In this document: piece after piece, positions 50,230-58,124 of the stretch
Numbering within the stretch: the stretch's first letter is position 1
Layout: every line of letters starts with the position of its first letter
Virus record (IMG/VR): IMGVR_UViG_3300033072_000338
Coordinates: 3,383 to 67,382 of that record
Length of the DNA stretch: 64,000 nt
DNA from: a virus
Lineage: Duplodnaviria > Caudoviricetes
Strand: one strand, 5' to 3'
Made by a program: the position numbers and the translations under genes
The notes under the pieces: generated by a model
Seen by the model: the letters and a program-made list of their open reading frames with translations, nothing else
Told to the model about the DNA's origin: nothing
The model's database searches: none

Positions 50230-50435
50230 AACATGTCCAGCTCGTGGGCGTTCTGACTCAACACCGCATCAATGGCTTCCAATACCCCTAGCTTGCGATA
50301 GTAGCTAGGGGCCACAGTCGGGTTGTGCTTCTGGGATTCCATCGCAGTCACTGCCGCATGAAGTTCCGCCCGTTTCGCAGTCAATGCTGCCTTTGTGATT
50401 TTGGCTACCAGTCGTTGTTTAGCTTCGATCTTCAT
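50226..50435 (-). CDS. Small helical protein with MKIEAKQRLVA leader
   Basis: ATG 50435 overlaps the upstream stop; 69 aa. Confidence 0.65.
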   Translation of the reverse strand: MKIEAKQRLVAKITKAALTAKRAELHAAVTAMESQKHNPTVAPSYYRKLGVLEAIDAVLSQNAHELDML

Positions 50436-51199
50436 TTCTTCATCCAGGTGAGGCTCAACAGCTTGGCCCATACGTCGGCCTCCGTGTCACCCTTACAGAG
50501 GATGTCCCCGTTTCCAAGATAGTAGGAGCCGAAGACTGCACCGTTGGGGGCGGTCCGTATGCACAGAGCACGCTTACCAGCACACGATATGACTGTCTGC
50601 ACTAACGACCCATGCTCTCCACTTGTCTCAGTACGCATGAACTCAGCGGTGCCAGCCGTGCCGTCCGGGAAAGTCAGGTTCAGGCGCTTCTTGGTGGTCT
50701 TCACCTGAGTCTTGCTCGGCTTCCCACTCTGAGCTTTGCGAACCAGCTCAGTTAAGGATCCACCCCTACTGGTTCTTACCATCCCCATGCCGGGCTTGTA
50801 CTTCGCACAGTGGTCAGCAAACGCGGTTGCTTCGTCAGGTGAAAGTGTGTATCCGTACCAGTGGTCGTTGTCCGTGTTCTCAGAAGTGGTTTCGACAAGA
50901 TGGCCGTCCTTGAGTCCCCACGTATGTTGGTGCCACCCTTGGTAGTTGTGTGCATAGCCAATGACGATATGATCGACATGACCCTCGGTGAACAGCTTGC
51001 AGGTGTTCCAGTGGCAGCAGCCGTCTTTCATGCGCACGAACTTACCGAGCTTCGTGTAATCTTTGCCATGCGCCAGGATCTTGTCCTTGTCTGGATCGTC
51101 AATGTACTGATGACGCGCCATTACGCCGCCAGGAGCGATGTGATCCAGCTTCGTATCAAGACCGCTAGCAAGGAGGCGTCGCTTGGCTTCGATCTTCAT
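50432..51199 (-). CDS. Hypothetical two-domain protein with MKIEAKRRLLAS leader
   Basis: 255 aa. CHWN...IGY....GW.QHTWGL motif (Cys/His, possibly catalytic); GGAGG RBS. Confidence 0.65.
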   Translation of the reverse strand: MKIEAKRRLLASGLDTKLDHIAPGGVMARHQYIDDPDKDKILAHGKDYTKLGKFVRMKDGCCHWNTCKLFTEGHVDHIVIGYAHNYQGWHQHTWGLKDGHLVETTSENTDNDHWYGYTLSPDEATAFADHCAKYKPGMGMVRTSRGGSLTELVRKAQSGKPSKTQVKTTKKRLNLTFPDGTAGTAEFMRTETSGEHGSLVQTVISCAGKRALCIRTAPNGAVFGSYYLGNGDILCKGDTEADVWAKLLSLTWMKK

Positions 51200-51588
51200 T
51201 CTTCCTCCGGAAATACTTTGGTGGATCGGACACAGGTGTACTCGTCAGGGATCTCCACTCCATCTGGATACGCAGTGTTCCAGCCGCGTGCTGAATAGGG
51301 GCCGACTTCAGCCAGGTGGCCGTCGCCGTATTCGCCAAGGGCTTTAGCCATTGAGATGGCGTCCTTGTCGTTCGGCAGACCGTCGATGTGGATCTGACCT
51401 GCACCGTCTCCGTCAAAGAACGCACCGACCAAGGCGGAGTGGCCGACCTGTCCGTTGTACTGAACGACGTGCAGGAAGTTGATGAGCGTTTGTAACGTCT
51501 CGGGGTCACGGCAGTAGATGTCGAGAGTGAGGTCAGGCTTGGACGGCTTCCTCCAGGCCTCCAGACGTTGCTTGGCTTCGAGTTTCAT
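51196..51588 (-). CDS. Hypothetical protein with MKLEAKQRLEA leader
   Basis: 130-aa coupled ORF. Confidence 0.65.
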   Translation of the reverse strand: MKLEAKQRLEAWRKPSKPDLTLDIYCRDPETLQTLINFLHVVQYNGQVGHSALVGAFFDGDGAGQIHIDGLPNDKDAISMAKALGEYGDGHLAEVGPYSARGWNTAYPDGVEIPDEYTCVRSTKVFPEEE

Positions 51589-52100
51589 TTTGCGATTATG
51601 TAGTAAGCATCCGCTATCTTTGTGACTGGAACGACTTTGTCTTTGTAGCGCACTGTAGCGACCTTCGCTCCCTGAACATCAACCCATCCTTCGATGTTCA
51701 ACAGCTGAGAGCCCCCAAGCTGAGGGATCTTGACTTTACCTAGGTGCTTGATGCACAGCTTGTGCCACGCCTTCAAGGCCCCGACACTCATGGTCGTAGA
51801 CGATAGTAGGGAGCCGTGGTAATCGAGGGCAGCTTCGTACAGAGCAGATCCCAAGCCCTGACCAACGTGTTCTTGCAGGACGACGTTTGTGGAGACTCGG
51901 GCGCTGCTACCAATAGGCAAAAGAACCAGTACACCAGCGACCTTGTTGTCTGGGTCGATCGCGCATACAGCGAACTGATCTACGTACAGGTCAAACTGTT
52001 TGAACTCACCGAGATGTTCACGTGGAGCCTTGCTCGCTTGCTGAGCGGCAAGCGCCCTCTTGAGCGAGGGACTTGCTGTAGTGTACCGATTGATCTTCAT
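51585..52100 (-). CDS. GNAT-like acetyltransferase (paralog of 49648-50229)
   Basis: VLQEHVGQGLGSALYEAAL, LLSSTTMS...AWHKL, NIEGW. Confidence 0.7.
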   Translation of the reverse strand: MKINRYTTASPSLKRALAAQQASKAPREHLGEFKQFDLYVDQFAVCAIDPDNKVAGVLVLLPIGSSARVSTNVVLQEHVGQGLGSALYEAALDYHGSLLSSTTMSVGALKAWHKLCIKHLGKVKIPQLGGSQLLNIEGWVDVQGAKVATVRYKDKVVPVTKIADAYYIIAK

Positions 52101-53389
52101 AAGTTCAAGGAGCGCAGGGTGCGCTTAGGGTGTCGCCACCAGTCATTGGGTAGAGTCACTTGTTCTCCTGTCTTTGGGTTGAGCACGACACACCAAAGAA
52201 CCTTGATACCCACCTTGGCGGCTGTTCTGGCTTTCTGTGCGTTGCGCTTCAGTATCTTGTCATTCGTGCAGCCTAGAGTGTAGTCACTCTTGACTTCGAT
52301 GAATCCTTTGTCTTTGATCCACAGATCTGGGATCCACCCGAGAATCTTCGCCAACTCATCAGGGTACGCACCATCGTATTGAGTTGCGACGTTACGGGGG
52401 CCGAAGCGTTTGACCACCTTCCGTATAACGACATCTTCCCAGCCCTGATACCGGAAGACGCGCCTGTTTAGGGTCAACTCTTTGATCTGGTATCCGGTTA
52501 TTGCTTGGGCCCGATGCACACTCGGATCCTTTGAATGGTGATCTACTCCGTACTTCTTTAGGCAGGTGGCTTTACGTTTGTCCTGAACCTCAGGAGTACA
52601 CGTACCCGACAAGCCTCCGTACTTAACCAAATTAGTGTGGCGCGCCTTCTCAGTAGCGCCGTCTACCAACGCGACATTGTCAACCCCGTATCGTCGTAAA
52701 TTCGTACGCTTCATCTTCTCTATGACATCGCTGCACTGCGCTGGATTGGCCACACCGTAACGTTCTAAACATGTGGCTTTCATGCGAGCTATTACAAGTG
52801 GGGAGTTCGCGGGAGCATTACCACCGTAGCGCTCTCTATTGGTTGCCTCAGCTTTAGCCCGCACCAGGGGATCTTTCATTGGGCTGCCACCATAACGCGC
52901 TTTGTGGATGCGTCGTATGTGCCTCTTCACGGACTCAACCTGCCCGACATTGGCAACCCCGTAGCGTGCTAAATTCGTTGCGGTCGCCTTCGAAACCGCA
53001 TCAGCTCGGTTGATCGCAAGCCATTCTTTATACCGGTCCCGCTTGCAAAGCACACAACACGAAGTGGTAACCAAGAACCGACCACAGAGTGCGCATGGCT
53101 CACCGTACTCGTAGGCGTTTAAGACACACTGCGGATTCATCACAGCGTTACCACAGGTTGCCCACAGGACTGCCCGGAAAACACTAGGCTTGGTTGTCCT
53201 CAGGGTGCTCAGCAGATCGTTGGCCCAGTACCGGCTAGACCTATCCGCAGTTGCGAGCATCGCATCAACAACTGCTCTCCTGGACTTCGTCAGCGTGCAT
53301 GCAACCCCAGCATAAGCTGCGATACGAGCGGTGCGGGTTTCCACCGAGTCGGCCTTCTCAAAGATATCTTGGTAATACGACACTGTCAT
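52097..53389 (-). mobile_element. Putative homing endonuclease: Cys cluster, T.L.RYGV.N repeats and PD-(D/E)xK domain
   Basis: CALCG..C..C, about 6 [RK]YG repeats, C-terminal WIPDLWI...IEVKSDYT. Confidence 0.65.
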
Positions 53390-53419
53390 AACGGTGATTC
53401 CTGTAACTGATTCACCGTC

Positions 53420-53426
53420 TATTTAC
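53420..53426 (-). promoter_or_regulatory. GTAAATA promoter-like motif
   Basis: Minus-strand heptamer 30 nt upstream of ATG 53389. Confidence 0.6.
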
Positions 53427-53428
53427 CG

Positions 53429-55063
53429 TTACAAATCGTCGCCTGCCTTGAGGAGTTTCTCCAGGATGGTTGGTGGGCGGTAGCCCCAGCGATCGAAGAG
53501 ATCCACCTGAAGCCCACAGTCAATATAGTTTAAGCTCGCAGTTGTGCCGGTCACCGATTCGGTGTCGGTTCCAACCCCACGCTTGTGATTCAGGAGCTTG
53601 CCGACTTGCTCCGTCATGTCCTTGTAGCGAGCAAGCGCTTCTTTCTCCGTCGATGGTGGGCGCTTGGTGGCATCCTTCTCGCAGAGCTGACCGAACAACG
53701 TGGTGCCCCGGCAAGTGCGGAGCTTGTGGACGCTCACGCCCTGAGGTGCACCGAACGTGTGGAATGCAGCATTGATGTCTGAAGGAGTGACTCGAACAAA
53801 CTTGCCCTCACGCGGTTCTGCAGTGAACAGGAACGAACTCGGGGTCTTGTCAGCACGGAGTTGCTTGAGGGCCTCGACAACGGCGGCTGAGGCAGCGTTG
53901 GTTGAGCTCTTGATGATGTGCTTGGTGGGGATCGAGTCCTTGCCAAGATACGCCAAGTTCACACCCTGCTGGGTCTCACTCGAATTCTTGACCAGGAGGG
54001 TCCCGACACCACGACCCGGTTCACTACCGACACGTGCAGCGAACGAGTAGAGTATCTCGAGAACAACCGCTGCGACGCTCTCTTTCTTCGTGATGTCGAA
54101 GTGCAGAACGTGCTGCAGCCACTTCTTGCGGATGCCGTCAATGTTCTTCATCAAGTCGGCAACCTTCTCGTACTTGTGCAGGGCTTGACCACGCTTGAAG
54201 TTCGCAGTGTACCCGTAAGCGACACCACCATCCTTCTTCACAGCCTTGAACGTCCACTGTGCTTCGGGGTCTTCACCATCGTTCATGATGACGTGCGTGT
54301 AGGTAGAGAGATTCGGCACGCCAGTGATCAGTTCGCCTTCAGAAGTGAACCAACGGCCTTGGTCATCAATCTGACCAGTGAAGCCGGGCACCATCGAGTG
54401 TGTGAACCCGTTCTTGATGGCGAAGTCGTACGCGCTTTCGTACGGAACCAACTTCTTGCCCGACTCACGCACGAACTGAGTGAGGAGCGCCTTGAACTCT
54501 GTGTTGTGGGCTTTCCGCAGTTCCTTGTACTTGTCGAACAGTTTGGGGTTCGTTTCCTTGGCGAGTTGCGCTTCTTCGAGAGTCAGGTGCTTCCCGTTGC
54601 GACCCACCAACGATTTGACGGTGCGCGCCAATGCCTCATGGTCTGACTTCTCGACGGGCGGAAGAAAGCGAGCTGCCAGCTTGGGGCCCATGAGTGAAGC
54701 GTTCTTGCGAATGAACGCGAGTGCCGACTCGGAGTCAGTGGACAGGTACGAGCGGAGTGCCTTCAACATGGCGATCTCACCAGACGAGTACTCGCGGTTG
54801 TTGCGGAAGACAGGGATGGCTTCCTTCAACTCAGTACCCAACTCGTAGAGAGCTTGCATCTTGTCACCGCCGGAGACGCAGGTCTTGATGGCGTCTTGCA
54901 ATCCGGGCAGATCCTTCCACTCCAGCCTTGTGGTTGCCAGAGGTTTGAGGTCAGCACTCATCGGCTTCTTGGGGTTCTCTATGTAGTCGAGCACCAGCGC
55001 ACCGAGGACTTGCAGAAGAGTCGCTAGCTGACTCGCCACCAGCTTGTGAATTTGAAGTGTCAT
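53429..55063 (-). CDS. Type IB DNA topoisomerase-like enzyme
   Basis: Catalytic pentad candidates in order: AARVG (R), YLGKD (K), HKLRT (R), LLNH (H), LNYID (Y). Start moved to ATG 55063. Confidence 0.72.
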   Translation of the reverse strand: MTLQIHKLVASQLATLLQVLGALVLDYIENPKKPMSADLKPLATTRLEWKDLPGLQDAIKTCVSGGDKMQALYELGTELKEAIPVFRNNREYSSGEIAMLKALRSYLSTDSESALAFIRKNASLMGPKLAARFLPPVEKSDHEALARTVKSLVGRNGKHLTLEEAQLAKETNPKLFDKYKELRKAHNTEFKALLTQFVRESGKKLVPYESAYDFAIKNGFTHSMVPGFTGQIDDQGRWFTSEGELITGVPNLSTYTHVIMNDGEDPEAQWTFKAVKKDGGVAYGYTANFKRGQALHKYEKVADLMKNIDGIRKKWLQHVLHFDITKKESVAAVVLEILYSFAARVGSEPGRGVGTLLVKNSSETQQGVNLAYLGKDSIPTKHIIKSSTNAASAAVVEALKQLRADKTPSSFLFTAEPREGKFVRVTPSDINAAFHTFGAPQGVSVHKLRTCRGTTLFGQLCEKDATKRPPSTEKEALARYKDMTEQVGKLLNHKRGVGTDTESVTGTTASLNYIDCGLQVDLFDRWGYRPPTILEKLLKAGDDL

Positions 55064-55104
55064 GGGAATTCCGTGTATTCGGCTGTGCCGATTGTCAGTC
55101 GAGC

Positions 55105-55138
55105 AAAGAAAAGGGAGCCTCCGAACAGGAAGCTCCCC
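55105..55138 (-). terminator. Intrinsic terminator ending the nucleotide-modification operon
   Basis: GGGAGC/GCTCCC stem followed by TTTTCTTT on the minus strand. Confidence 0.75.
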
Positions 55139-55169
55139 ATAAAATTGCACTGACGAATGCACGGAAAGG

Positions 55170-55568
55170 TCACGCAGGACGCGTCAATTCGCGCAGATCA
55201 GGCCTGTCAGTCCCCTGTGCGATTGCAGCCCGCGCAGCTTCGAGTGGAGTCAGGACGCTACCGTTAATGTAGTCGCAGACCGGAGAAATGGTACGGCTTT
55301 TGAACATGAACTTGACGTGCACGTCAACTCCGTGTGCAGAGCCCATGGAAATGAGGGCAGAAGTATCCAGGGCTTTGTGGTCAATACCGAACTTGACCCG
55401 AACATCGGTGGGCAGATCTAGCTTGATCTGTACATCGAAATTGTAGAACACCCTACCAGCGGACATGAGGCTATCCAGCAAGCTACGGGCAAGCTCCGCA
55501 GCTAACGGATCGGTGGCCTCGCGGAAGGCCCGCATCTCGGCGTCTGCTTCCGTAATGGTCTTGAACAT
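55170..55568 (-). CDS. Hypothetical protein (paralog A)
   Basis: ATG 55568 behind GGAG. Similar to the upstream ORF. Confidence 0.6.
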   Translation of the reverse strand: MFKTITEADAEMRAFREATDPLAAELARSLLDSLMSAGRVFYNFDVQIKLDLPTDVRVKFGIDHKALDTSALISMGSAHGVDVHVKFMFKSRTISPVCDYINGSVLTPLEAARAAIAQGTDRPDLRELTRPA

Positions 55569-55570
55569 AG

Positions 55571-55987
55571 TCACTCCGATCGCTTCAGACGGTTCAGTGA
55601 CGGAACGTGCGTGTCTTGGACACATGCTTGCTGTAGGATCTCCAGCTGCGTCAGGTCATTTGAACGCGTAGTGCGTGCGTCGATCAGATACATCCGATCG
55701 TACAGGTACTTGACCCGACTCTTACCTTCCTTCGTCTCGGAAGTGCCATCGTCGCTTACACGAAGCACGACCTCCAGCCTCTTGTTCAGACCATAGCGTT
55801 CCATGAGCTCATCGGGCACGGGAACGTGCAAGTTGACCACGAAATCGTAGAACTCCAGGTCGCCCATGGCCTTAACACCGGCCATGAACTGTGCAGAGGC
55901 GGCTTTCACAAAGGGAAGCAACTCATTCTGGAACGCAGTGTTCTCAGCCTGTGCTGCATCCAACGTTTTCAATGCTTGAGATGTCAT
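55571..55987 (-). CDS. Hypothetical protein (paralog B)
   Basis: ATG 55987 overlaps the HD gene stop. Confidence 0.6.
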   Translation of the reverse strand: MTSQALKTLDAAQAENTAFQNELLPFVKAASAQFMAGVKAMGDLEFYDFVVNLHVPVPDELMERYGLNKRLEVVLRVSDDGTSETKEGKSRVKYLYDRMYLIDARTTRSNDLTQLEILQQACVQDTHVPSLNRLKRSE

Positions 55988-56562
55988 GTCATACCCCACT
56001 GTGTTTCAAGGTCGTACACACCGTTGGAGACTTCGGAGTAAACAGCGGTGTATTCTCGGTGGAACGGCTGCTGAAGCAGAAGCGTCATGTCAATGTAGCG
56101 TGAGAAGTTCCGAGCGGGTTGAGCAGCCAGCCGGTTGCCCATTCGCATCTCGTGATAGCACGAAATGAGCCCCGCAAGATTGTCAAACAGCTTGAAGACC
56201 TTACGTTCGCTTTCCACGAGATGCGGTTCCACGACACCACAGCTACTGAAGGCGTCGATCTCCAGTTGCTTCAAGACCGCGTTCACATCCACACCTGATT
56301 CGGACATTGCACGCTTGACCGGCGACGGGATGTCGCCAGTGGCGAACTCCGCGGCATCGTGCAGAGCAGCATAACGGTAGATCTGAGCAGGCGCGTCGGG
56401 CCAGATCACCGCGATCAAGGCGCACACCAGACCATGATGTGCAGCAACCGTCTCAGTATTGATGGTCGGGACAGTGTGGAAACGCTTTGTCCACATACTG
56501 TCGAGAATGAAGCGGGCCTTGTTGGGGAGCCTGCCGCTAACAGACGTTTCGGTGCCTTGCAT
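55984..56562 (-). CDS. HD-domain 5'-deoxynucleotidase-like hydrolase (YfbR-like)
   Basis: RFHT...ETVAAH, AALHDAAEFATGDIPSPVK, KLFD. Confidence 0.82.
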   Translation of the reverse strand: MQGTETSVSGRLPNKARFILDSMWTKRFHTVPTINTETVAAHHGLVCALIAVIWPDAPAQIYRYAALHDAAEFATGDIPSPVKRAMSESGVDVNAVLKQLEIDAFSSCGVVEPHLVESERKVFKLFDNLAGLISCYHEMRMGNRLAAQPARNFSRYIDMTLLLQQPFHREYTAVYSEVSNGVYDLETQWGMT

Positions 56563-56565
56563 AAT

Positions 56566-57636
56566 TCACTTCACGAAGGTAGGGCGGCGAGCCAGCCAGT
56601 CAATGGCAGCAAGACGCCAGGGAGATTTGGCGAACGCGGATTCAGGTTGGTCGTCTACGACCCCCATCAACCACTCACGGGCCTTGTTGGGGCCGAATCG
56701 CTTGTAGCGCTTGAAGCCGTCGCTCATGCCACTGACGATGTTCACGAAGTCGTAGACGCCACCGTCACAGTCAGCGAAGTACGAGTAGTGCTCGTCGTCC
56801 ATGAAGTCGATCAGCAGCTGCTCGAAGATGCCGGTGTTGGTGTAGTCATCGTTCTCGCTGAGCTGTGCCAGATTCAAGTTGTCCACCGGATAGTCGAACG
56901 GCTCCTCGATTAGGGACAGGGGGTTAGCCCAACAACGCTTGGACACTGGGTTCAGCTCAGTGTAGAGATGCATGTTGTTGGAAGTCTGGTAGTAGGTACC
57001 GACAGGCATGAACGTCATCCCAGCCATGTACTCGTGGAGCACGCTCATGTGAACGAGGTTGGCCCCACACGCACCCAAGACCGAATCGTTACTGCGGTTC
57101 ACCACGGTCATGTTCAGCGCGCCGTTCACGACATCAAACATGATCGCGAAGTTGCAGCACTGGTCTTTACCGCCGTTGATGCCGTAGATCAAGTCCTTGG
57201 CGTCGTGCATGATGAGAACGGCTCGGCGCGTGGTCGGGTTTGCCTTCAGCTCCTTGATCAGTACTTCGATCTGGTCGAACCCAAAGTGCTTGCGCCAGCG
57301 ATATCCGTATGCGCCGTTCAGTGTCACCCCGTCGTCGCTGTAGTTCGCCATGTTGGGAGCCAGCTTCGCGACCGTCGCCACGTCGTTGCGGCCAGCCAGC
57401 ATCCAAACAGCTTCGATCAGGTGCAGGAACGGATTGGCGTCGCGCACTGCCGACGACGACACACGCTTCAGGTTCTCCCACACGATGGTGAACGGAGTCG
57501 GAGAGCGGACCACCGGGCCGTTGCGGCTCGGGCTTTCGACACCGCAGTGCTTCAGGTGGTTGAGGAGCAAGGCCAAAGCCGCGTCGGGTTGGTCAGCCTT
57601 GACATGGAAGGGGGATGTGAGTGTGGGTTTGTTCAT
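56566..57636 (-). CDS. Thymidylate-synthase-family enzyme, probable dUMP hydroxymethylase
   Basis: SRNG, GAYGYRW, PTTRRAV, catalytic Cys in QCCNF, RSNDSVLGACGANLVHMSVLHEY (Asn at the specificity position), NNMHLY. Confidence 0.8.
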   Translation of the reverse strand: MNKPTLTSPFHVKADQPDAALALLLNHLKHCGVESPSRNGPVVRSPTPFTIVWENLKRVSSSAVRDANPFLHLIEAVWMLAGRNDVATVAKLAPNMANYSDDGVTLNGAYGYRWRKHFGFDQIEVLIKELKANPTTRRAVLIMHDAKDLIYGINGGKDQCCNFAIMFDVVNGALNMTVVNRSNDSVLGACGANLVHMSVLHEYMAGMTFMPVGTYYQTSNNMHLYTELNPVSKRCWANPLSLIEEPFDYPVDNLNLAQLSENDDYTNTGIFEQLLIDFMDDEHYSYFADCDGGVYDFVNIVSGMSDGFKRYKRFGPNKAREWLMGVVDDQPESAFAKSPWRLAAIDWLARRPTFVK

Positions 57637-58124
57637 TGGATGCTCCGGCTGATGATTTGCTCAGCTACGTCGTTGATGTCTTTGAGCTCGTAGTGCAGGG
57701 TTGCACCGAGAGGTGTGGCATCGAACATGCTTTGCGTGTCCGAGAACCTACACTGGAACCCGTGTTCACGGGTCACTGTGTAGAGGTCGTAGATCGTACC
57801 CGATGCACCGACATTGAAGGCAGCACGGGCCTCAACGGTTGGCATCACGAAGTCCACGACGGGTAGCAGACCGTTACGTGCGGCCAGGTACATGACTGAA
57901 CCGATGCGGCGGGCATTCTCGATACGTGAAGTCGAATCGAAGCCGAGATCGCTGTTGAGCGATGCCCGTACCGTGTCGGCGTTCACGTGGAATGTTGGGA
58001 TGCCCTTGTGTTTCAGGATCATCACGATTCGGTTGGCAAGCGTTGTCTTACCAGAACCTGGGAGACCACGAAGAACGATAGCGTGCCCTTTCGGGTGCTG
58101 GGGAATCTGAACTGCTTGGATCAT
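57633..58124 (-). CDS. cysC: Adenylylsulfate (APS) kinase-like P-loop kinase, short phage form
   Basis: GLPGSGKTTLA, NADTVR..LNSDLGF...SRIENARRIG, VVDFVMP...R, RFSDT..F. Confidence 0.75.
   Translation of the reverse strand: MIQAVQIPQHPKGHAIVLRGLPGSGKTTLANRIVMILKHKGIPTFHVNADTVRASLNSDLGFDSTSRIENARRIGSVMYLAARNGLLPVVDFVMPTVEARAAFNVGASGTIYDLYTVTREHGFQCRFSDTQSMFDATPLGATLHYELKDINDVAEQIISRSIQ

Noticed and set aside
53429-55063. Integrase indicating a prophage
   Set aside because: The motif spacing (R..K..KxR..H..Y) fits TopIB better than the RHRY integrase pattern, and no att site, repressor or host genes are in the window.
56566-57636. Ordinary thymidylate synthase (thyA) or dCMP hydroxymethylase
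   Set aside because: Lacks the canonical ThyA LPPCH and LGLPFN motifs, has Asn rather than Asp at the specificity site, and sits beside an hmdU-kinase-like gene.
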